Shown here piece after piece: positions 12,388 to 23,249 of a DNA stretch of 42,432 bases (position 1 is its first letter; every line of letters starts with the position of its first letter). The DNA comes from Tubiluchus corallicola (Eukaryota; Animalia; Priapulida). The notes under the pieces were generated by a model, which was not told the DNA's origin, did no database searches, and was given only the letters and a program-made list of their open reading frames with translations. The stretch is taken from the NCBI GenBank assembly GCA_030141605.1, contig JAQGDQ010001404.1, positions 1-42,432 of the forward strand, in the 5' to 3' direction. The position numbers and the translations under genes were made by a program.

Positions 12388-13759
12388 CAGTGCTCAAACA
12401 ATGAAATATTGGCGAACTACAACATGCAGACTAAACCTTTAACTACAGCAACGATTATGCCTGTGTACAAGCAATAATGATTTTTTACAACTGATTACTG
12501 GCCCTGCTGGTCAAAAATTTTTCGTTGATCCAGAATTATCCAGTTTATGAATTTGTCGCACACACGTCTAGTCATATAACTGTTCATCCAAAATTCCGTT
12601 TGTGTGCCGAGGGCTATTGCAATCCTAATTTTTATATAATGATCAGAAAAATATAATACATGTATATTTACCGGTTCGTCTGCTGTTTTTTTAAGGCTGT
12701 TTAGTTGAAAACAAAACAAGATGAAACATAAATTTTAAAGAAAATAATTATTGCCAAAGAAAAGAGTACCAGAAAAGTCAACAATAAGAGCTCAAAATTA
12801 CTACTAATGGCTTGCTGTGAAAACCCCCAAGGAAAGATGAGGATAAGAAAATGAATACGCATAACTTATCTAAATGTTCATGACAATGTTGTGCAGAATA
12901 CAACAATCTTCCTCGCATAGCTAACAATGCTGACGCCGGCAACATGACAATCCTTCATGAGCCATAACAATGCAGATGACGACAGCTAACCAGCAGCTTC
13001 CAGCAACCCTCTTGTAGTCTACAACACCAACGTACCAACAGCTGACTGGAATGGAACAACATCACACTTTGTTGCTTGACCAGCTCTTCAAACCATGCAA
13101 CAGCAACGAGACTGAGAAAGACAGGCTATATAACAGGAACACTGTCCTTTTTGCCAAAACAACACTTAGCTCAGCTCTCCATAGTAAAGAAGTTACATCA
13201 CAGATCGTGTACAAGACTTTCTAGACAAACTCGTTCACTACAGGTATCATGCCCACTGGTCAGACCAGCAACGAATGTCTATACCAGTGGGAAGTATCAA
13301 CTCAGCTGTTCAGAACAGGTATTGCTCTTTCTGCATAAGCAAACGAAGCACACCAACAGGTAAGTACAAACCATTTTAAGTGACAGGGGTGAGGAGATGA
13401 TGAAACGAAAAAAAAACAGCAATGCAAACCAAACAAGCCATTTGCTATCAAAATAAACAACACACACACACCTCAAACTTTTTTAATATAAAGATAGTTC
13501 TTATTATAATTATTTTGTATTATTGCTTCTGTTGGTCTCAATTAATTAGGAGTTTTCCGCTAGTGTCTCATGACGCCTTGTGATTATTTGTGCATTGATT
13601 CATCATGATCTCACCAACTCGCTTCAAACATTTCTGAGTAGCTTATTTTTCTAATGTATAGAAATTAAACCATTTTTACTAACTTGAATGTCTTGTTTTT
13701 TATGTGATAAAGCAAAGAAATTTGTAGAAGGCCAAGACAGAAATGTTTTTCTGTTTCAG

Positions 13760-13816
13760 GTTCTCGTTTGGCATACCAGAACAAAGGCTCCAGTAATTAA
13801 TAAGGAAAACTACTAG
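13760..13816 (+). CDS. B3GAT: B3GAT-family glucuronosyltransferase, terminal coding exon (VLVWHTRTKAPVINKENY*)
   Basis: Not in the ORF track. The tttcAG acceptor ends at 13759, phase 0. It encodes the conserved VWHTRT motif that follows ANNC in GT43 enzymes. TAG at 13814-13816. Confidence 0.9.
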   Translation, partial: VLVWHTRTKAPVINKENY

Positions 13817-14788
13817 AAGTTGTTTAGTAAGATTGACAGCAAAAAATGAAGACCGTGCTTTAATTGCTTCCACAGATGACCAGTTGAAGATTTTTAGACA
13901 CATCGAGACACATTGAGACACTTAGACACATTGAGCTTTGCTAAAATCCAAAGAAAGCCGATGATGTGACTTATTCCTCTTCGCACTCTCGCCTGACTAT
14001 TCTCCAAGCTTTTTGAATGTTCAAGCCTTCACAAAAGAAATCATTTTGAATCAAGCAGAAGAAGAGTTTTGTGCATTGGTGACGTCATGCTATTCGAAGA
14101 AGTTATGGACAAAACAAGTTGAAAACAAACTGAATATACCTTTTTAGTTATTGTGTAAATAATTATTGACATGAATAGTGATCACATTATAGATCTTAAG
14201 CAGGGGGTTTTCTATTTGTTTTATGTCTACTTTCGTACATTAATGTTATATGTTTTTGCACAATTAATATATGTGTACCAAACTCAACAAAACTTTAAAG
14301 CCGGCTACATTTCTTGCCAACTTTTGCTACTACTTACTACATCTGTATATTGCCTATAGAGAGCAACTGGAGACTCAAAATTTTGCATTTTGGCCACTCA
14401 GTCTAGTGTTTACAGCTTGTCAGGTTTTTAAAACCCATGTGCACATCTGCCCTACAGTACACAAAATGCTTGCGAAACAAAATTGAAGAAACGAAAAACC
14501 CTACGACGAGATGCGACCTAAAAGAAAAACTAGCTGACGTCTATTGCCCTGTCCCCTTGACCAGTGGTCAGTGGTCCATCCTGTTGTTTTTAACACCACA
14601 ACAAGAGCGACTCTTCTAACCACTAAACAAGTTGAAAAACATAAAGTAGAAAACAATTAAGAAGCTACGTTACAAGTGCAGTTATTTTTTCTCTTACATA
14701 TTCAAATACTGTTCCATTTGATTGCTTTTCTAGATAGAAAGTGGTGTAACTTAACACAGCCTCGTTTTTGCAGGTTACTTATCACTAC

Positions 14789-14858
<70 letters not shown>

Positions 14859-14963
14859 TTGATAATAATAATAATTTAATTATTATTATTATCATTATTA
14901 TTATTATTATTATCTAAATGAGAATAATAATAATAATAATAATAATAATGATAATTTAATTAT
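14789..14963. repeat. (AAT)n-(TTA)n-(AAT)n microsatellite abutting the BEL insertion
   Basis: Visible directly. The central block is the reverse complement of the flanking blocks. Confidence 0.95.
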
Positions 14964-15212
14964 TGTTAAGGTCAGTTTCTGGCCTTAACATGTAGGTGGC
15001 AGCACCTATGTGAACTTACCTGTAATTTTACCTGTGAAGTTGTAAATTAGGTTGTGCCTCGCTAAACACGCTCACAGAAGCCTCAGCAAATGTTAAGTCA
15101 TGTTTGATAAATGTTCAAGTATAGCGTCTCTACCTGATTTGCTGTTAACTTGTATGGCGTTTCAAGGATCTATTAAGTTGTTATAGCCGCACGATAAATA
15201 AGGATTTCTGAG
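14964..15212 (+). repeat. Extra partial LTR copy lacking the 108-nt LTR intron (spliced form), in tandem before the 5' LTR
   Basis: Starts tgttaaggtcag like the other LTRs and has the junction gcacgat|aaataagg at 15195/15196. It ends at tttctgag. Confidence 0.9.
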
Positions 15213-15610
15213 GTTAAGGTCAGTTTCTGGCCTTAACATGTAGGTGGCAGCACCTATGTGAACTTACCTGTAATTTTACCTGTGAAGTTGTAAATTAGGT
15301 TGTGCCTAACTAAACACGCTCACAGAAGCCTCAGCAAACGTTAAATAATGTTTGATAAATGTTCAAGTATAGCGTCTCTACATGATTTGCTGTAAACCAG
15401 TATGACGTTTCAAGGATCTATTAAGTTGTTATAGCCGCACGATGTGAGTAACATTTACTTTAATATCTTAAATTATAATAATCAATTTATTATACATTTG
15501 TATGCAGTGAGAAGCTGTCAAATTTATTATTTTCATTTTTTGTATATACAGAAATAAAGATTTCTGAGACACACTATGCCATGAAGGAAATTCTTTGTGT
15601 TCCCGTCACA
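15213..15610 (+). repeat. 5' LTR of BEL copy 1
   Basis: gttaaggtcag...cccgtcaca, homologous to 22020-22415. Confidence 0.95.
15444..15551 (+). other. Putative spliceosomal intron inside the LTR (108 nt, GTGAGT...polypyrimidine...CAG), directly upstream of AATAAA
   Basis: Consensus donor and acceptor are present in all four full LTRs (GTAAGT at 22249 and AG at 22355-22356 in the 3' LTR). The segment is absent, to the base, from the copy at 14964-15212. Confidence 0.85.
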
Positions 15611-16261
15611 TTTATTTATCAAGGCTATATTGGAAATAATTCAACGTCAGCCATAACCACCTGAGGTTTCAAGCCATCGAGCCGCCCAAGTTGATCAAGG
15701 TCAGGAAGCCTACAGCACAGGTGTATAACTGCATGCCGGAAGTAGGACAGGAAATGCGTCTACGCTTCTCAGGCCTGTATTATGTGAATTGCCCATTGCC
15801 AAGACTTTTAAGAACTGTATCAGTGTGGTGAACTGACCTGAAATACTAACCTACTGCATAAAATTATTGCGTTAATTTTGCGCATATAGTTATTAAGTCA
15901 TTAAGACTTGTAAGATTCGCTTGGGCTGTTTAGTACTGAAGTATTGAAGGTTTAATAGTATTAAAGTTTTGAAATATTCACAGCCATACCAATTAAGATT
16001 ACATTTTATTTTCGACTTGGTATTATTTCAATATGTTAGTGTAGAGAATAAGGTGAATTTCTACACTGTCAGATAATGCTTTGATTTGTTGTACAGTTTA
16101 CCTAATTGCCTAAATACTAGTAGTACTGTGCGGTGCATAAAGAATTAGACCATATGTTATCGTCACTATTTGATACATGGATTTTTATGCCTATTTCACT
16201 AGTTTATCTACTTAGCTACTTGTATTATTTTACTGAATTGTACTTTGCTGTATTTTGAAGC

Positions 16262-18380
16262 ATGTCTGATTTAGGTAAGAAAACTGTCCCTCAGTTACAG
16301 CGAATGCTTAAGGACAAATGTTTACCTGTTAGCGGTCGGAAGCAGGAATTAATTGATAGGCTGTTGCAGTGCGAAGGCGCAGCTTCCAGCTCAACTGATG
16401 ATGAAACGCAGCTAACACCTGCCGCTATACCTGACAGTGAGGACAAAGAGGAAAGCTTAGGCGAACTAAGAAGCCACAGAACGCACAAAAGTCACAAGTC
16501 TCCTCATTCACGTAGTTCAAAATCAACCACTGTTTCGGCAACAGCACAAAGAATGTCAGCTGAACCGAAAAAGGCTGCTCTTATGATTAAGCAACAAGCA
16601 CTTGCAGAAAAGGCAAAATTGCAGTTAAATGAAATGCAGCTCGAACAAGAAAAGCAAAAGTTAGTTTTGCAACAAGAACAGTTGAAGATAGCTACTGAAA
16701 TAAAGCAAGCAGACGCTGAGGCAACTGTCTTTGCTCAGTTTGAAGCCGGTAGTCCACGTTCTTCCGAGGTCGTTTCCTTTGTTGACAAAAGAGAGCAAAC
16801 GAGAGACTGGGTAGCAAATTATTGCCAAGAGCAACCAGGATGCAGTTCCTTGCAGGCAGAGCAACCAGGAAGCAGTGCCTTTCAGCCAGAGCAACCAGGA
16901 AGCAGTTCCTTTCAGGCACCTTTACGTGTCAAGCAACCTGAAATCAAAGGCAGTCCTCTGCCAGCAGTACAACCCCCTTACCAGTTTTATGGTTGTCCAT
17001 TGCCTGGTATCGAGATAGAGAAATTCGATGGCAGCCCGTTGCAGTATTGTCGCTTCATTAAACAGTTTGAAACAACGGTTGAGAATTACACAACTGACAA
17101 CGTTGCCAGATTAACACTCCTTCTTCAGTTTTGCAGTGACAAAGTAAAACGTTATATTGACTGCTGTGTGACAATGGACCCAGTTGTAGGTTACACAAAA
17201 GCAAAGCGCATGCTAAAGCAGCAGTTTGGAAATGAATTTAATATCACTCAAGCATGGATCAAACAGATTTCGGATTTCAAACCCATTAAGGCTGCGGAAT
17301 ATCAGACATTACAGGAATATGCAGACTTGTTGCGTGCTTGTTATGAAACTCTGTCAAGTTTAGGTTATTTGTCCGAGATTAATGCTCAAGGAAATCTCGT
17401 ACAAATCGTTGACAAATTGCCCATTGGCATTCATTCTCACTGGAGGAAAGAGGTTCATAATATTAAATCTTCTGGGAGAAATCCAGACATCTTTGATGTT
17501 GTCACTTTCATAGAAACACAGGCACAGATTGAAAAATGATCCCACGTTTCATAGGAAACCATCCGAGAGGAAGGACACCTATAAGCCTAAACCAAAGTCT
17601 AATTCTGTAAACATTTTTGCTAGTTCTGGAACATTTGCTAGTTCACATACACGTGAACCTGACAAATCTGAAGAGAAGACTTCACTTTCATGTACCCTGT
17701 GTTCTGAAGCACATCGGCTTCAGAAATGCTTCAAGTTCAAGAGGCTAACTGTACCTGGAAGGCTAGAGGTAGCCAAGCAACACAAACTATGTTTTAATTG
17801 CCTGAAGCCTAACCACAGTAGTGCATCATGTAGGTCAGCCAATCGCTGTGATGTTTGCAAGAGAAAACATTCCACTTTCTTGCATGCTCAGAATATGCGA
17901 GGAAATATTAGCACTGCTGCTGCTACACACAAACCCAACAGCAGGCCGTATAGTGGAGAAGAAAAAGAAAAGAAGAATAATGAAGAAGATAACGAGAAAC
18001 TAAAAGAAGAAGATAGTGAGCACAATTGTCAAAGTGGTTACATAAAGAAGACGCATGAGCCTTCTAAGTGCAATGTAGCTTTGCCTATCTTGCCAGTATT
18101 TGTTAACATACCAGGTGGTAAACCATTAAAGACACTAGCACGTCTTGACCCTGGTTCGACAAATACATTCTGCTCTAGCCAAATATATGAAAAGTTAGGT
18201 GCTCAGGGCAGAGAAGAAACATTAATTTTGACAACGCTTGATGCTAAACAGAGCCAGAAGAAGAGTAAAGTCACTAAACTACAAGTGTCTGATCCAAGCT
18301 ACAATGTCACCATAGATCTCCCTCTTGTCTTTACAAGACCATCCCTTATGTTAGAGATGGAGCATTTACCTGTTTATTAG
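16262..18380 (+). pseudogene. BEL Gag-protease region: N-terminal SAP-like domain, coiled coil, DUF1759-like capsid region, three Zn knuckles, aspartic protease
   Basis: ORFs 16262-17539 and 17529-18380 are joined by a frameshift in gaaaaatg. Motifs KFDGSPLQY, CTLCSEAHRLQKC / CFNCLKPNHSSASC / CDVCKRKHSTFLH and LDPGS. Confidence 0.92.
16829..16918 (+). repeat. 3 x 30-bp in-frame repeat in gag (EQPGxSxxQx)
   Basis: gagcaaccagga... occurs three times. Confidence 0.9.
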
Positions 18381-18474
18381 AACTTGAGCTCTTGGCCACA
18401 CTTACAAGGCATTGACGTCTATGTTGCCCAGGACAGATCTCAGTCTCTGGAACTTGGCCTTCTCATAGGGCAAG

Positions 18475-21400
18475 ATGTGCCTGAAGCTCTCGCTCTCAAA
18501 AGGACCTAAACATGCTCCTTGGGCATCGCTCAGTGTCTTGGGTTGGACCCTAAATGGACCACTTGGACCAACTGAAGCCGAGCATATCAGTTGTAACCTT
18601 AGCATTTTGCAGCCTGTAACACTGGAGCAACAAGTAGAGCGATTCTGGCAGCTAGAATCTTGTGAAGATAACAGCCATAAACCTTCTGTCGAAGATGTAA
18701 GAACTGTTAACATCTGGGAACGATCCGCAACACTGACTGAAGACCACACTATATGATGGATATCCCATTTAGAAGCGAATCTCCCGATTTGCCAAATAAC
18801 AAAATTGTAGCAGAGAAGAGACTTGAAGGTTTGAAGAAGAAGTTTAAGCAAGATGAGGCCCTTCACAACAAATACTCTAAAGAGATCAGTGACTTGCTCG
18901 AAAAAGGATATGCTGAACCTGTAAATGAGGAAGCTGCAACCACTGATGGCAAGGTGTGGTATTTGCCACACTTTAGTGTTAAAAGTGAGAGCAAGCCAGA
19001 GAAAACAAGAGTAGTATTTGATTGTGCTGTGAGTTTTGCTGGCACAACATTAAACAAAATTGTAATGCAAGGACCTGATCTAACCAACAAGCTCCTTGGC
19101 GTCCTGCTCAGATTTAGAGAAGGTAAAATAGCAATCACTGCTGACATCCAGAGTATGTTTTACCAGGTGAGAGTCACTCCTGCTGACAGAGATGTACTCC
19201 GTTTCCTTTGGTGGCCTGGAGGCAATATAGAACTAAAACCTAAAATATACAGGATGACAGTCCATATTTTTGGCGGAATATGGTGCCCAAGTATTGCATC
19301 ATATGCACTCCAGAAAACAGCCATGGACAACAGAGCTTTGTACAACAGCACCGTGGTACAAACAGTTATAAGCAATTTCTATGTAGACGATCTTCTTAAG
19401 TCTCTTTCAACAACTCAGGAAGGTATTGCAATGATAGAAGACCTAACCAGTTTACTTCACCATGGTGGCTTCCATTTAACAAAATGGTGCAGCAATGACC
19501 GAGAAGTTCTCAACTCTATCCCTGCAGAAGAAAGAGGGAAATCAGTGAAGGATATTGATTTAGATAACTCATCCTTGCCTGTTGATCGGGTTCTTGCCAT
19601 TGCATGGAACATGGAAGCAGACCATTTTAGTATTCTTGTTAGGAAAAAAGAAAAACCGATGACACGCCATGGTCTTTTGAGTGTAATGGCTTCATCATAT
19701 GATCCTATGGGAATAATAAGTCCCTATGTTCTGCAAGCGAAGTTACTATTTCAGGAAGAAACACGATTGAAGAAATCCTGGGATGAACCTTTGGAGGATC
19801 ATGTGAAACAACAATGGAAAAGATGGTTAGAAGAACTTGACTTAATCAAAGATGTGCACCTGAGTCGGTGTTTTACACCACCAAACTTTGAAGCTGTTTC
19901 ATACCAGCTTCATCATTTCTCAGATGCATCCGAAAGAGCCCTTGGAACTGTATCATATCTTAGATCAGCAAATGCTGCAGGAGATATACTTCTGTACATT
20001 TGTGGTGAGTAAAACAAGACTGACCCCCTTTAAGAAAGTCACTTTGCCACGCCTCGAACTGTCAGCTGCTGTGCTTGCAGTAAAAGTTGATTCTATGGCA
20101 CGGAAGGAATTAAGCATTCCTATAGGTACTTCTACATTTTGGGTCGACAGCACAATTGTTCTTGGCTATATCAACAATGAAAGGGCGAGATACAAAACCT
20201 TTGTGGCTAACCGGTTAGCTACCATACACAGCTTAACAGTTCCCAGCCAATGGAGGCATGTCTCTGGAGATGAAAATCCAGCAAATGATGCATCGCGAGG
20301 TTTGTCTGCAAGAGATTTAATCGCAAGTGTCAGATGGCTGCATGGCCCAGAATTTCTTTACAAACCTGAACCAGAATGGCCAGTTCAAACAGTTCTGCCC
20401 ACAGTGGATAGTCACGACAATGAGATAAAGCAAAGTGTTAAAGTCTTATTGTGTGAAGCTAACTCTTCCAAGTCAGAAGCTACTGACAAGCTTATGGAAT
20501 ATTATAGTAGCTTCTACAAACTTAAAAAAGCTGTCACATGGTTTTTGCGAGTGAAAGCCATTTTAAAGAACAAAATCACAAAAAGACAGATCCCATCCTC
20601 TCAATGCTATAATACAGAGATTTCTGTTTCAGAGGTGGAGCAAGCAGAAAAGGCGATTCTCGGCTATATCCAACGCCAACACTTTACTCGGGAATACAAA
20701 ACCTTATCTGCAGGACAAGCTGTCTCCAAATCGAGCAAGATTGCTAAGTTAAATCCTGTCCTGTCTAAGGACAACCTCATTGTTGTTGGAGGGCGACTTA
20801 GAAATGCAGCGCTACCTGAAGCTGCCAAACATCCTGCAGTACTTCCTAAAGAGCATCATGTTTCAACCTTAATAATCCGTCATTACCATGAAACCAATGG
20901 TCACATTGGAAGAGAACATGTGCTCTCCTTAGTTCGCTCTGCTTACTGGATTATTCGAGGACGGGCACTTACAAAGAAACTATTAAAATATTGTCGTAAG
21001 TGCCGTCGTCTCTATGCACCCCTGGAGAGCCAGAAAATGGCAGATTTGCCAGCTGATCGTGTAGAAGGAACTCATGCTTTCGAATGTGTAGGTGTAGACT
21101 GCTTCGGAACCTTTTATGTTGTCAGAGGGCGTGCAAAAGCTAAGCGATATGGCTGCATTTTTACTTGCACCACCACTAGAGCAGTTCACCTAGAGATTTT
21201 ACACACCCTCGAAACCAGCTCTTTCATTCAAGCACTGCAACGTTTCATAAGCCGAAGAGGTCCACCAAGACTAATCAGGTCTGATCAAGGTACAAATTTT
21301 GTTGGCGCCCAAAAGGAGCTTCAGAATTCCATAACCGAATGGAACCAAAGTCAAATTCAAAGCACTCTACGTCAGAAAAATATAGAGTGGATCTTCAACC

Positions 21401-21966
21401 CTGCTTCAGCTAGCCATTTTGGTGGCTTCTGTGAGAGCATGATTAGAAGTGTAAAGAAAGTTTTAGTCAGTATCTTAGAACAGCAAACACTGGATGACGA
21501 AAGACTTAGTACACTATTCTGTCTAGTAGAGGCCATTTTAAATAGCCTGCCCCTTACCATTGTTTCAGAAGATCCAAATGACTTAGAAGCTCTGACACCA
21601 AACCATTTGTTGCTGCTTCGACCAAATCCTGCACTGCCGCCTGGCAACTTCGAAGTAAAGGACCAATACAAAAAGAAGTGGCGCCAAGTCCAGTACATGG
21701 CAGACTTATTCTGGACAAGATGGTATCGTGAATACTTGCCAACGTTACAACTGCGAACAAAATGGTTACGAAGCAAAGAAAATCTCAAAGCTGGAGACGT
21801 AGTTTTGGTAAGCGATAATGTCCATCGAAGCCAGTGGATACTTGGGCGAATTACAGATGTCAAGACAAGTGATGATGGATGCGTCCGCTCTGCAACCATA
21901 AAGACCAAAAGTACGCTTCTAACCCGACCTATACACAAATTATGTTTAATTGAAAAAGCAGATTAA
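18475..21966 (+). pseudogene. BEL Pol: reverse transcriptase, RNase H (Pao type), integrase
   Basis: RT: WYLPH, RVVFD, ADIQSMF, YVDD. RNase H: FSDAS, PRLEL, NPANDASRG. Integrase: HHCC zinc finger, GVDCFG, SDQGTNF, ESMIRSVK. Frameshifts near 18753 and 19990. Confidence 0.95.
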
Positions 21967-22009
21967 TTTTGTTATTCCTTTAGTGGGAAATGGCACTCAA
22001 GTCCCATTT

Positions 22010-22019
22010 AAAGGGGGTG
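22010..22019 (+). other. Polypurine tract of BEL copy 1
   Basis: aaagggggtg lies immediately before the 3' LTR TG. Confidence 0.75.
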
Positions 22020-22415
22020 TGTTAAGGTCAGTTTCTGGCCTTAACATGTAGGTGGCAGCACCTATGGAACTTACCTGTAATTTTTACCTGTGAGGTGGTA
22101 AATTGGGTGCCTCGCTAAACACGCTGACACAAGGCTCAGCAAATGTTTAGTAATGTTTGATAATGTTTAAGTATAGTGTCTCTACCTGATTTGCCGTTAA
22201 CCTGTATGACGTTTCAAGAATCTATTAAGTTTTTTATAGCCGCACGATGTAAGTAACATTTACTTTAATATCTTAAATTATAATAATCAATTTATTATAC
22301 ATTTGTATGCAGTGAGAAGCTGTCAAATTTATTATTTTCATTTTTTGTATATACAGAAATAAAAATTTCTGAGACACACTATGCCATGAAGGAAATTCTT
22401 TGTGTTCCCGTCACA
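22020..22415 (+). repeat. 3' LTR of BEL copy 1
   Basis: tgttaagg...gtcaca, 396 bp, ending exactly at the gap. Confidence 0.95.
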
Positions 22416-22800
22416 NNNNNNNNNNNNNNNNNNNNNNNNNNNNNNNNNNNNNNNNNNNNNNNNNNNNNNNNNNNNNNNNNNNNNNNNNNNNNNNNNNNNN
22501 NNNNNNNNNNNNNNNNNNNNNNNNNNNNNNNNNNNNNNNNNNNNNNNNNNNNNNNNNNNNNNNNNNNNNNNNNNNNNNNNNNNNNNNNNNNNNNNNNNNN
22601 NNNNNNNNNNNNNNNNNNNNNNNNNNNNNNNNNNNNNNNNNNNNNNNNNNNNNNNNNNNNNNNNNNNNNNNNNNNNNNNNNNNNNNNNNNNNNNNNNNNN
22701 NNNNNNNNNNNNNNNNNNNNNNNNNNNNNNNNNNNNNNNNNNNNNNNNNNNNNNNNNNNNNNNNNNNNNNNNNNNNNNNNNNNNNNNNNNNNNNNNNNNN
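22416..22800. other. Assembly gap (385 N)
   Basis: Run of N. Confidence 1.
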
Positions 22801-23249
22801 TGTGACGGGAACACAAAGAATTTCCTTCATGGCATAGTGTGTCTCAGAAATTTTTATTTCTGTATATACAAAAAATGAAAATAATAAATTTGACAGCTTC
22901 TCACTGCATACAAATGTATAATAAATTGATTATTATAATTTAAGATATTAAAGTAAATGTTACTTACATCGTGCGGCTATAAAAAACTTAATAGATTCTT
23001 GAAACGTCATACAGGTTAACGGCAAATCAGGTAGAGACACTATACTTAAACATTATCAAACATTACTAAACATTTGCTGAGCCTTGTGTCAGCGTGTTTA
23101 GCGAGGCACCCAATTTACCACCTCACAGGTAAAAATTACAGGTAAGTTCCATAGGTGCTGCCACCTACATGTTAAGGCCAGAAACTGACCTTAACACACC
23201 CCCTTTAAATGGGACTTGAGTGCCATTTCCCACTAAAGGAATAACAAAA

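Larger units (their letters stand above)
14964..22415 (+). mobile_element. BEL/Pao LTR retrotransposon, full-length but defective (copy 1)
   Basis: TG...CA LTRs of about 400 bp, PPT, and gag-PR-RT-RH-IN order with the BEL triple Cys/His knuckle. The polyprotein is broken by frameshifts and stops. Confidence 0.97.

Noticed and set aside
12840-13420. GC-richer intronic segment with a 95-aa ORF, possible alternative exon or gypsy relic
   Set aside because: No recognisable domain. The B3GAT exons join in phase without it.
17520-17545. Programmed gag-pol frameshift at gaaaaatga
   Set aside because: It falls within Gag before the Zn knuckles. BEL elements usually have a single ORF and this copy has other lesions, so a 1-bp indel is more likely.
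18402-21938. Antisense ORFs of about 189 aa within BEL pol (and mirrors), considered as env or accessory genes
   Set aside because: They are shadows of the pol frame with no recognisable motifs. There is no room for env between the pol stop and the PPT.
22338-22878. Poly-X ORFs
   Set aside because: Translations of the N gap.
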